From contig CM060734.1 of NCBI GenBank assembly GCA_030704615.1, positions 12,214,001 to 12,278,000 on the forward strand: DNA of 64,000 bases, read 5' to 3'. Positions 26,180-38,000 of this stretch are shown here, piece by piece; position 1 is the first letter of the stretch, and every line of letters starts with the position of its first letter. The notes under the pieces are model-generated. The model did not search any database. It was not told the origin of the DNA and was given only the letters and a program-made list of their open reading frames with translations. This stretch comes from Takakia lepidozioides (taxonomy: Eukaryota; Plantae; Bryophyta). Made by a program: the position numbers and the translations under genes.

Positions 26180-27120
26180 CTGATAATCCAGGTCAAGCAA
26201 TTGAGATCCATTGCTTGCCCCAACACCTGACGACGTGATGCCTCAGAAAGAGAAGGCACCGCCGTGGTCCCAGTGGAAAACCCATAGCCCGCTCTCGCTC
26301 GTCGGCATTAGGCTCCACTAACTGCTGCAACTGCATCCCACAAGGCCAGGTCCACCATCCCGAAAAGCATGGGATCCTGGGAAGCTGAGCAGTGTAGGTA
26401 ATGCTGCTCGTGGTTGACCCACCCTGTTGACCACTGCCAAAGGCGAACGGTCATCGTGTCTCACACGTTGAGACTGCCTCCCTGTGTCCAAAATGCCATC
26501 CACGGTGAGGTGTGCTGGCCGCTGCACCCCATCATCATGCACGCTTGAGCAGTGCGGGTGGCATCAAGTTAGTCCACCATAGCCGTGGACGATGAGCCCG
26601 TGACCCACTGCAGCTGCATCCAGCAACACTGCTGACCCAAGCCACGACCGGACTTGATGCACACTGGCCATCACCCTGGCCCGAGAATCACCCATCAGTG
26701 GCACATTCTCCAAGATGTATGCTGGAGATACAGCTTGATGAAGCTGCAAGTGGCGCAAAATCCGCACCATCTCCCAAAACAGACCCGTCCTCGAGTCTCG
26801 CAATCCATTGCCATGCCCGGCTGATGAATGCCCTTGGCAGGGCCAACCTGCCACTACAGATCAATGGAGCCAACCTGCTCCAAATCTTGCGCCCCCAACA
26901 AAATGTCTGCTGGCAAGGCTTGTTGGTATCCACGAACTGCAGACACAGGCAACAAGTCAGGGTACTGCTGCCAACTGAGCACATGGCGCAGTGAGACGCG
27001 TCGTGCAGTCTCATCCCTCTCCACATACAGGTAACGCCTTACCCTACACCTGCCTGTAGCACAGCAGCCAATCCGGTGCTGATCCCGCCAAACAAGTCCA
27101 GAAGGCAAATGCCTTCATCC
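26180..27120 (-). pseudogene. C5 cytosine DNA methyltransferase domain, DNMT3/DRM-like motif style
   Basis: Motif I LLDLFGGISTGLAAV, motif II YLYVERD, motif IV AGWPCQGHS, motif VI ILENV, motif VIII AHRPRLWWTN, and motifs IX-X ERERAMGF...RRQVLGQAM. The domain is interrupted by frameshifts. Confidence 0.92.
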
Positions 27121-27449
27121 GGATTGCCACACAAGAGGTGTGGTGTCCAATGGCGACAACTGAGGTGGTCCTGGTGCAATCACCGCACTCTCCTCCTCTC
27201 CTGACGGTACAAAAGCTCTACCCAGGCTTGTTGCACCCGTCCATCAGCAGCTGCTGCAAATCCTTGCTCGTACCCCACAATGGAGTGTGAGCAACCATGG
27301 CAGGCAACTCCCGTACCATGCATGTCATCCTGCTCTGCTGGAGGTGGCACATCCTCTGCATGGGCATTGCCTTCCAGCAACTCTCCAGGCCAACTAACTG
27401 CAGCTGTAAGGCGGCTAGTGTTGGCATCTTGCCCCGCTGGGCAGCCGCA

Positions 27450-27860
27450 ATACCCCCAATGAATGTCACAGGGAGCTGTGCACGCGACCATCCCCTGACT
27501 GCCATCCAGGCCTGTAGGATGCTGACTCCTCCCAAAAGTCCAGGGTGAAGCCCATGGGGTATAAACACTGCCCCACCAACGAGGACATCGTAAGAGACCG
27601 CGTCTGTCACAATGGCCTTGGCTCGCATCACTGAGCCATCTAGGATGATCCGGCTGCAGTCTAATGGCCAACTGATGCCGTGTCATGCCCCGAGCCTGCT
27701 CTGATCCTCCCAGAGATGTCTGTATCTGGAAAGGACAAGGCTCCATATCCGCCTCCATGAGGCCCAAACCTGCAATAGCAGCTCTGCCCAACATCAGTGG
27801 CTGAGCTCCTGAGTCCAACAGACCCGCAGTGGCCGGTACTTCTTGCCTGCCGGTCCACTC
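27450..27860 (-). pseudogene. Retropepsin-like aspartic protease
   Basis: LDSGAQPLMLG and a downstream YDVLVGG. Confidence 0.8.
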
Positions 27861-28189
27861 AAAGTGAAAATGCCTCCCTGGTTGTCTAACAAGACAACTC
27901 CAGGTGTCACCATGGCGCGCTCAAAGGCTGGCCTAGCTGGCAGCTCCGTCAACCTGGCAGCTGCAGCTTGCCAGGGCCCCGTGGCAGTCTTGACCCTCAA
28001 ATCCGAGGATCCCTCTGCCACTACACCTTCCACTAACTCCGCAGAAGATGAAGTGACCTCCCCACTCTCACAGAGTGTTGCTGCTAGTCTGAACACTGCA
28101 GCTGGTCTCCCCCCGGCGTCGCAATCATGGTTGCCGAGAACAGTGGGGCTTGACACACAGAGGTGGCTGCCCCAATAACACACCGGCTG

Positions 28190-30055
28190 CACTAGCCTTG
28201 GTAGCAGGTGTCAGTGCTGCACGTGTAGCTCTCTCTCCCCAATGGCATAGTAACCTCCGCCTCGGTAACAGTCGGGCGAGAACTAGGTGCCATGGATGGC
28301 GTTGACACTGTCTCCGCCAAGGTGAATGACTGAGGCAGCCTTGCCTGACGGCTTGCCTCCCCACGTTGTGGATCCAACTCCACCTCTGCACCTCGTGGCT
28401 CAGGAACTCGTGCTGCTCCTCGAGTCACGGCTGCAGCAGACTCCACCTGCTCTAGTGGTAGTGCTGCTCCGCACATGAATCCCATGCCTCCCATATCTCC
28501 TCCCTCAGGAGCAGGAGGTGGACCATCCCGCCTGGGAGCCGGTACCGCCTGAGCTATAGCCATGGCAGCGAGCCTCTGCTCTAGCTGCTGCTGAAGCCGA
28601 TTGGCCATGCCTTGGTCAACACCCTGACCTCCGCGTCCTTGGCCATGTGGAGCTTGCCCTTGGCCTGCACCTCGTGCCCGACCACCTCGTCCTCTTTGGG
28701 CTGGTCCACCTCGCCCCCGGCCACCATTGTTCCCTTGGAACTGGCCTGGGCGCAACTCAGGATGCAAGTCATAACACTGGGCATCTCCATGCCCATACTT
28801 GCCACAATGCCCACACTGCAACTGTGCAGGCTGTGCTTGTGCCGGCCTTTTGCCACTCTCTGGGCAATCTCTCTTGACATGGGGTCCTCCACATGTCCAA
28901 CATATCACCCCTGGTTGCTGTTGGCCTGCAAAAGATGCCACGGGCCTCTGCACCTGAGGTCCCCTGTAAGCTCCATGGAACTTGGGCTGGGCAACCTTGC
29001 CCCCCTGACCACGCTGTTGGGCAGTCCCTTGTGCCTGTGGGCTGACAGCTGCCCCGTAGCGCTATGGGCCTGTAAAGGCATGTCTTGCCAAATCAATTGT
29101 AACAATCGCTCCTCCACCATGTTGAGCTCAATCCGCTCAGCCAAAGAAGAAACACATCTGCTAATGTGGTTGGGGGTGCTTGTAACAGGGTTGCATCTCG
29201 CACCCTTCTCTTGAGCTCCTTGTCCAGAATTCCATACCAAAACTGGATTGCCTGAGCTTCAGTAACCCCTTGGGTCACACTTATCAAGCGCCTCATACGA
29301 GTTTACGCCTCTCGCAGGCTCTCACTGGGTTTGCACTGGAAGTCTTGCAAACTTCGCAGCTTCTCTGTCCGTACACCTTGGTAGTTCCTCCGCAAACTCC
29401 TGGAAGAACTCCACCACCGGGTTGAATCTAGGCACATGTGTTGTAGTCGTGGCAGGAGGAGTAGTTAGCACTTTTGAACTGGTTACACCTACAGAAAGTA
29501 CCAGCACTACTTGCTCCACTACTAGTGCTGGCAGTGGGAGCTATTGGTACTGATGCAGCTACTGTTCGCGTCGTGCCTCGAGTAAGGGGGAAGACGTAGT
29601 CAGGTGACCAATATATCCTCCACTCCTCAATCTCTGCTTCATGTCCTCGCCTGAACTCGTGGTAATTGTCCATAGGCGGGCCTTCCAAATGCTGGAACAG
29701 TCCCTTCCACGCCATGAATGGGGGTGAATAGCTGTGGATTGCGCATCTGCTGAAATCACACCAGCTGTCGAACTCTTGGATAAAGTCATCCAACTCAATT
29801 GTGCCCACAGCTCCAGAGTACCTACGAGGCCCCTTGGTAGCTCCATACATCTCCTCCATGTCGTCCCACAACAATGGCGAATGAAAGTGCACACCTGTTG
29901 TTTGAAGCCTCCGAGTCTGTGTCTGACTCTACAGTAATTGGGGTAGCGGTGAAGGTGGTCTGAACCGAATACCTCGTCTTGTGAACCCACGCTCACTGTT
30001 ACTGCCTGTAGCCGTACTCCCCTCAAAACCCTTGGGTAACTCCGTAATAACACTC
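28190..30055 (-). pseudogene. gag: Gag with two zinc knuckles
   Basis: LDDFIQEFDSWCD capsid-like region and QFWYGILDKELKRRV; CWTCGGPHVKRDC and CGHCGKYGHGDAQC; an RGG-rich tract. Confidence 0.85.
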
Positions 30056-30593
30056 ACAATGTGCACCTCCTCCACGTGACACTATAAAGGCTCTAGTACT
30101 AATCTAATAGTGACACGGGTGGCACCTGTTGCAGTCTAAGGGTCATATCCCAATGGCTCAGGGCACCTGCACCTGCATCCACCGCAAGAACTCCTATGGT
30201 TGGCTGGTCATCAACCCAGCCTCACCATAGAAGAAACACTGGTGGTCTTGCTGGTCATCACTCCAGCCTCACCACCGACAGCATACTCTAGGATTGACCG
30301 GTGATCAAATCCGGCCTAATCCCTATGAAAGCAAGCGCCCACACAAAACCAACATGGCGCACAGTCAAGCATGCAGGTGTTGGGGGGATCCAAACACAAG
30401 AAATCAAAATTTCAACACCCCCACACCAAAATCCAGCTGCAATGCTGATCCTGCATAATAGCCCAGCCCAAAACCCCGGACTGACTGGCCTCCACCAAGA
30501 GAGGCTTTGGCAACTACAAGTACAAGGTAATGAAAATAGTACAGAGATGGAGGGGAAGAATAGAAGCCCGCCCAAGCAAGATCTAATCCTGAT

Positions 30594-31345
30594 CTATGCT
30601 ATCAACTTCCAGACTTCTCTCAAAGTGCCTCGCTCTGCGTGATGGTAAGGTGTAGGAGGTATATCTATGTCCAGAAACCTGCCACTAACCTTGTCCCAAG
30701 CTACAGTAGCTCGCTCTAACCAACCCTCCTCCTCTTTCTGCCAGGTAGAGACAAAGCAATACTCCCCTATCTCCCGCTCACTGAACACTAAAGAAAACAT
30801 AGGTAGGGTCTGATAGTCTCTCAACTCGAAAGCTTTGAGACGGTTGCGGGTGTCCTCATTGCGAATGACTGCATCTCCTTCACGCACAACAAACATGTCA
30901 TTGCTGATGAACCCCCGCTTGTGGTTGCCCTGTGCAGAGCGTATCCGGCTGCAACCGTGTCTGATTGCACAAACTTGTGTAGCTCCTGCTCCTCTGCTCC
31001 AGTACACCACGGCCTTGTGGCTGAACACCTTGGTCCCCGGGGCTGTCTTTGGCTGTGTGTTCCAAGCCTAGATTTCACCCACTTTGGTATTTCACCTACA
31101 GCTGCAGAACTGCTGGCTCCAACAGAGTTCTGACTGTCCAAGGCGATATTGAGGCCCTCAACGCCAACTACAGCTGTCTGTTGTCTACTGCTAATGCCTG
31201 ACTCCTAGTATGCAATCAACTCGTCCAACTGTTCTCCACTCAAATCAGTCTGAGTTCCTTGGGAAACATAAATCCTGTCCCCTTGTGTGCACAGGCTAAG
31301 AGAAGAGACCTGCCCTTCAATTACGTCCTCATTTCCCCCAGCCAT
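30594..31345 (-). pseudogene. Extra ORF of unknown function upstream of gag
   Basis: Overlapping protein-like frames (30594..31028 and 30821..31141) extend to an ATG at 31345. I recognised no motif. Confidence 0.45.
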
Positions 31346-33376
31346 GCAAGGAGTACATCCACAGATTTGTCTCTCATATAGACCAGCACAGGTTCTAGAG
31401 ACAGGATTGTGGATCTTTCATGGCACACTCACACTCTAAAAATTCCATAGATTTTTAGCAGAGTCCCAAAAACGAAAAACCAGGTCTAGATAGGTAGATT
31501 TCCCTTTTCTGTAGGTCCCTGCGCAAGTTTTGGGTCCAACGGCCTTGGTAGGCCAAAGTTATGGCCAAACAGGCTCTATCTAATTTAAATTAGATCAAAG
31601 AACGATTTTTTTTTATTTTTTATTTTAAAATACTTGTCTTGGTTCCTGTTCCCTGGTTACCTACGGGTTCCCGAGGCCGTTCCCCTCGCACTGTGAGCAC
31701 ACTACTGCCCCATTTCCGAGCGCACTCCACAGCAGCAGTCTTCCGTGAGAGAGAGAGAGAGATAGAGCTATGGCGGGACTTACAACAACAGCACAGGGCA
31801 TCACCGCGGCCCTTGGCATCAGCGGGCATGGGGGCATCTCCTATTTGAGGTATTCGGATTGACCTAACCTGATCTTCACAAAACCGCAGTCCATCAGCGT
31901 TGGTTGTCAACAGAACCTGATCAATCATGCCACTTTCATTGTGGCGCAAGCATGTGCTCTGGTCACGCTTGGTGTAGCGTTGTGCTTGACTGGCATTGTC
32001 ATCCTCCACATGTTCATATCATGCCTGCGATCACCACCCAAGTCGACCCCAACCAGTATTGACAGTGAGTGCAACTCGGTTGTTCTCCACACGCTCCATC
32101 ATGCCTGCGATCAGCTTCCACACAAGGTGGTCCATTTCCGATGCCTGGCCTCCGCCCTCAATGTAGATGATACTCTTAACTCCCAAATGTATGGGCCTGA
32201 GCAGCTCTCCAGCTATCCATTTCACTCCAGGCACTTCGTATTCATCCTAGGGACGTTGTGGTAGTACAGATATCAGCGTTCATAGCTTGCGTGGCAGGTT
32301 TGAATCTTTCTTACAGTAGTCACATTGTAACAGAGCCATCAAGCAACAAATTGCAGTAGGCAATCGTTTACTGGATCCTTGCAACAGCCTTCCTTGCAGG
32401 ATTCTTTACCTAGTTGGTTCACATTAGCAAATGAATCAGCATCTTCATCTCGTTAAGTGGTTGGAATGCCTGAGCGGTCACTGCCCATCAATCAAACTCA
32501 GACGGAGAACGATTTGCTTGGTCTGCAAGGACACTCTTTGTCAGTAGGTGTTTGCCCCAAACAGCCAGAGCTGCAGCAGGTCTGCACACCCAGCCCGCAG
32601 GTGGAGCAAGACTGCAAGATATTTGGGTTCACGTTGACAAACAAGCGGACATGGCCAGTCTCCAGTCCCCAGATCACTCAAGGTGAGGATTCTGAAAGCT
32701 CAAGGCATTGCCCAGTGGCAGAAATAGCTAAGCCTTCTACCTATGGCAGCTTGGGGACAGGAGCATCACTTGTCATGGTTGAGCAAGAGATAACCCCACA
32801 ATCCACGGGCCCCAACACCAATCTTGGAGGGCACGGACGACACTCGCAAGGCCTGACCACTCAACAACCTCTACTGCCGCACAGCATCCTTGCCTGCAGC
32901 AGGAGTCACCAAGGCCCTGGCAGCTACGGTCGCTATGGTCGGTTTTCCCTGCATGTGATAGTATCGCGCAGCTGGTGGGTGCACTAAAGGCTGGCAATGA
33001 AAGAGCACAGAAAGCAGCACTTGAGGCTTGTTTCCTACTACGTCAAGCCTGATCCTCCAGTCCTGCCGAGGTAGAAAAAGCACAAGCCATGGCAGCGTCA
33101 GAAGCCATCCCTATGCTACAACTGTTGATGAGGACATGCCCCCCACGCTTTCAGAACAAGGCAGACAGCCTGCTGCAATGCCTGCCAGAAGGACGAGAAT
33201 ATTGTTGGCTTTGAACTGTTGCAGCGACACTTCGAGTGGTTCCCGCCTTCCTGTTATGCTCCACTAGGCACACATAGCCAGTCTACCTGCAGGCTCTCGT
33301 AACCAAGCTATATTATAATAGTGCTTAAAAACAGGAACGTCACATTTAGCTTAGCCCTAGAAAACTAGATACAGTT

Positions 33377-33391
33377 TCATCTCTCTCGAGT
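33377..33391 (-). other. Putative self-priming primer-binding site (PBS)
   Basis: TCATCTCTCTCGAGT (33377-33391) is the exact reverse complement of 33583-33597 inside repeat A1. No TGG-type tRNA PBS is present. Confidence 0.75.
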
Positions 33392-33749
33392 GATAAACAA
33401 AAGCTAAAAGGACACACACTCTCAACACAAGAAATATGAAATCCATTGCTATCACTCTTTAAAATAGAAGTCGAACCAGGGGCACCCCAAGCTATGGGGA
33501 CTCCACCCCACAACAACCTACACTCCCATCATAAGCACACACAGCTTCTAAACGCAGGAAGGAGCTCGGTCGCGCAGGCCCAACTCGAGAGAGATGAGCT
33601 ACGCGACTGCCGCTCTCGTGAAGATAAGACGGACCAGGTGTCAAACTAAACTTGACACCTGATTTAACATTTGACCTAAATCCAAGTGTTACATACAAAT
33701 AACTAGTTTTATTCTAGCTGTTTTCACACTGTGCTTATTTAACGTGACA
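33391..33749 (-). repeat. Repeat A1 (5' terminal, 359 bp)
   Basis: Direct repeat of 22063-22417 with no adjoining B segment. Confidence 0.95.
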
Positions 33750-34291
33750 CACTGCAGACATGTTGGTGGCACGTTATCCCCATATGTACTATCAAGGTTG
33801 TGCTGCTCATATCATTGACCTCCTTTTGGAAGATTGGGGAAAAGAACAGTGGGTTAAACAACTTGTCAAGCGAGCGAAGACTGTTGTGTCGTTCATCCGC
33901 ACACACCACATCTCTTTGGCAATATATAGGAGGCTCGAACCCAAATACAGCCTCCGCAATCCAGGCGAAACTCGTTTTGCCACTAACTTCTTGATGGTGG
34001 ATCAGTTCGTGACGGTGAAGAGCAGTCTGGAGCACACCATCATCGATTCTCAATGGGATGCGTACACAAGGACATTGCGGGACTCCAGAAAAGCCAAGTC
34101 ATTGGGCAAAAGTCGAAAAGTTCGAAATAACATTCGCAACGATGATTTCTGGAAGAAATGTGAAAACTTTGTTTGACAACCAGTAATGGGCAAGGCATGG
34201 TTACTAATGCAAAATCTTGATAAGCACGTCCAATCCTTGAGGCATCCTCCCTTCTCCTTGGAACCTGAACTTGCGGACAGTGCTGAGGATG
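33750..34291 (+). pseudogene. hAT-type transposase copy 2, segment 2
   Basis: TADMLVARYPHMYYQGCAAH...ETRFATNF...FWKKCENFV continues segment 1 in frame across the TSD. Confidence 0.92.
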
Positions 34292-35014
34292 GGGGGATGC
34301 CTCGGCGTGAGCCTGGTCACGTGAGCGCGTGAGCACAACTGTGCTCACGCCACGTCACCTTGCGCCAATGCCACATCACGAGGCTCACTCCACGTCATCA
34401 CACTTGAAGACCGCGTCACCACGCGCCCAGGAAGAAGTGGAGTGTATTCCCGCGGATTGGCACCATTTATCGCGGAAACAAGGTGGACGACATAATAAAA
34501 GGCAGTGGTCATTCCCACCTAAAAGCAACAGATGAATAAAGGATGGATGAATGTACAGTTGGATAATAAACAGATGGATGAGTGTGAAAAATGAATGTAG
34601 ATGGATGAATGAGGGATGGATAAGAGTCAAATGGATGAATGTATAATGGATGTTGAGCAATGAAAAATATTCATGACAGGAAGATGCATGACTAAAACTT
34701 TAGACGAATGCACAACGTATATGACATGAGTGTGGAAGGTTTGGGGTGGATTAAAGAGTACAGAGGATGAATGTACAATGGATGTTGAACAAAGGAAAAC
34801 ATTCATGAATGGAGCACGCATGAATACATTGTAGATGAAAGCACAATGGATATGACAAGAGTGAGGGAGGTTTGTGAGATGGATTCATACATATTGCAAT
34901 TTAAATGGTAGTTGATTCTTTGATTATTTTTCTTTCCAAAGGAACAACTACGGTGGAGGAAGGGGATTCAACGTTTTCCAAAGAGGATGAAACAGAATAT
35001 TAAAAGAACATAGT

Positions 35015-38000
35015 TCAGTCTGACTCAGAGTCAGTACAATGTATCCCCGCTTCCTCTGCATCTAAGTCTAAGTATTTAAGAACTCCGGATCTACGCTGGC
35101 TACACCTACGGCCGGGCAGTAAAAATTCAGGGGATAGGGACTCGGGCGCGTGAAGTGTCATTGCTTCGGCATAATCAGGAAGCAAAAAATTGGAAAGGGG
35201 CTGTCGAAAACAGACTCGCCACAAATGACTGTATCTCCTGAAGATCCACCACTGCCTTTCCTGAAAGACAGCCTGAAAAAGTTATTACTGTAACTTTGAT
35301 GTTATTGAGAAATTGAGTATGACTCCCAAAGTGGGTTTAGCACTTACTCACATGAAAAGTCGTTGTCGACCTGCTTATCTTCGGGATCGTCATCATTTCG
35401 AATTTGAATCCGATCAGTCTGTGTGCCTGAAGTGGAGCCAGACAAAAAGGGGAGGAGCACTATGTGTTGTAGAGGTCAGAATCACCCTCCATACCAAAAA
35501 GGCTTCTTCCGCCTGCCTTGCATGCATGATAAGTTGCTCCTGCACCAGATAGGAGGACATGAACAGTTCGGTGGGGGGGATTTAAGCAGATGGAACTGGT
35601 GAAAGAAAATCAATTCAAAAGGGAGAGAACGAACTTGTGGACACAGAAAGATCGACCACCCGTGCAGAGTGGTGGCTGCATGACTCCAGCAGTATTTGCA
35701 TGAACGCTGGGGATTTTTCTTTTGCACCTCTCCAGGGAGTGCCATCTGGTCTCTTCAGAGTCTGACTGGACTGCATGAAGTTGTACAAAATGTCATCGAC
35801 ATGCGGCTCATAGGGGGGTTGACGAAAAAACCCTGGTCAGAAATCTCAAAGCTGCGGATGGAGGATAGTGTCTTTGAGGTGCGAATCCTCCGCAGGCAGA
35901 TCGCCTCGAACATCCTCGTCTGCCAAAGATAGCAGGTTAGTGTGGTAAACACAATCTATAGTGGAAGTGTGTACATCGGCTATATTCAGAACTCAGGCAC
36001 AAAACAATCATTTTTATCACGAATCGGTGATGATCGGTGTCGATCATGACAGATTCTTCTAGAGTGGAGTTGTAGAGAACATTGAAAATCATCATGAAAG
36101 CACAAGCAGAAGGGAGACGGCATACCAGCTGACCAGGGAAACCCCCTTTCACAAGGTAGAGAGGCTGTTCACACAATTCCATGTGTGCAAAACTTCAAAC
36201 CCTGAAGACTTCAGGTATGATGCCAATGCCCGACGACTATCTTGTCACATGACTGAAAAAGCAGAAGTGTCCCTACATCAGAGAGGAAATTATTACAGAA
36301 CCCGAACACCCAACTCCAGTAGTTGTCCTCGAATTTGTTCCAGCCTGGCGTCTTGCCCTTTGGAAGAACTTCTGGCACAGCCTGGCCATTCGGGATGTCG
36401 AGAATGACAATGTCAGCCGCATATGTTTTGTGCACACCGCACACGAAGGTGGGACCTGTGCTCACCTGCAACAGACATGTTTTTTTTAAGAACGGTGGAA
36501 AAAATGTTTTCTAAGAACCAGACTGAAATACTGCCAATGAAACTTTCAGAGAAAAAAGAAAGAAACTGGAATTCTCACCAGATTGAGGAATGAGATTATG
36601 TTGTCCCAGGTAGGCGAAGGCACCCCAGTGTATCCTCTCTTTCGACTCTGCATCATCGACAGCCAACCCTCATTGACAATTTTAATCTTTCCTGCCCGAA
36701 TCAGAACGGGAAGGGTGTGGCTTGGCATCGAACACGCACTGAACTGTGCGGGTATATCTTCCAGCAGTGAAGTCCTACCCACTCTCCATCTCTTTTTCTT
36801 TCTCCTTCCCCTTGTCCTTTTCCTTCTCTTTGGACTTGTCTTTGTCCTTTGGCTTTGCTGGTGAGATGGTTATGACATCAAGAGCCTTGTCTTTTGGTTT
36901 GCGGCCCGCCTTCTTTCCCTTCTGCGGCGTTCCCTGAGCATCAGGCTCCTTGGCAGCCAATGTTGCTATGTTTCTTTGGTACTCTTCGTCAATCAGAGGC
37001 GCCAGCATCTTAGCATTATTGTTCAAATATTTCATATGTTGTTCTTGAAAGGTCGTGTGCTCCGGTGGGGCAGTCAAGGTACCAGCCACAGTCTCTGAAG
37101 TGAGAAGGACTCCAGTCCTTCAATATCCCTGCAGTATACATGGTTGGATCGTTTGCAGGGTCCGACCACATGTCAAGATAGTCTGGAATACGCTCTTAGG
37201 TGATTTCCTTCCATAAGCACATATTTCGTGTACCTGTTAAACAGAGATAAATCCCAACCCACCAAAAAGCGCGAAGTGAGAAAGATGCAAGTAGCACAGA
37301 ATGAAAAAAACATGGAATGAAATGGCTCTGAGAACTGCTCCAAGGACCTTTCGGGACCACGCGACAGCTCCGGATGTGAATGTCGTAAATGCCATTCAAA
37401 ACATTCCATTCAATGATACTATGAATACACCCTAATCCACGTGAATGCAAACTCTCGCTTTGGAATGACACAGACATAGAAGTGAATGTCGTCAACGACA
37501 TTCACTTTGGATTTGTGAATACACTGCTAATCAAGCCTATTGATTTCTCAAAAGAGGCAAAATCATTGGATGGAAATCAGAAACTCGAGTAAGGAACCCT
37601 CCCCAAAAACTCAATGGACATTCATAACGAACATAACACTGAGGACCTCATAATAACACTGGATGTGAATGGCGTCAACGCCATTCACAAAATTACGAAC
37701 AAGGAACCAATTAATACACCCTTAGCTCCCAATCCATGTAAATTCAAATTGTCGTTGTGAATGACACAGACATAGAAGTGAATGTCGTCAACGACATTCA
37801 CTTTGGATCTCTATAACACAGCTAATCAAGCCTCAAGATTTCTCGCAAGAGCATGCAGAACAACTGAATGTCTGCATTGACATTCAGCAAACTGAAGTGA
37901 GGAACCCTCACTGTAAACTCTATGGACATTACAAAAACTTACATAACTCTGAGGACCTCTCACAACAACTTTGGATGATGGAATGTCGTCAACGCCATTC

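Larger units (their letters stand above)
21977..33749 (-). mobile_element. Ty3/gypsy-like retrotransposon with C5 DNA methyltransferase, PHD finger and split terminal repeats
   Basis: Termini TGTC...GACA; 4-bp TSD CACT at 21973-21976 and 33750-33753; domain order gag-PR-DNMT-RT-RH-IN-PHD on the minus strand. Confidence 0.95.

Noticed and set aside
32457-32987. Captured ARF/B3-type gene suggested by CKIFGFTL
   Set aside because: One short motif is not enough to name a gene; it is kept only as a possible captured fragment.
21977-33749. Classification as a DIRS/Ngaro element because of the split direct repeats
   Set aside because: It encodes a protease and a DDE integrase in Ty3 order, has a TSD, and I saw no tyrosine recombinase motifs.
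22063-33749. Ordinary LTR element with A alone as the LTR
   Set aside because: The TSD and the interrupted host frame lie outside B2 (21976/21977), not at 22063, and the PPT abuts B1 rather than A2.
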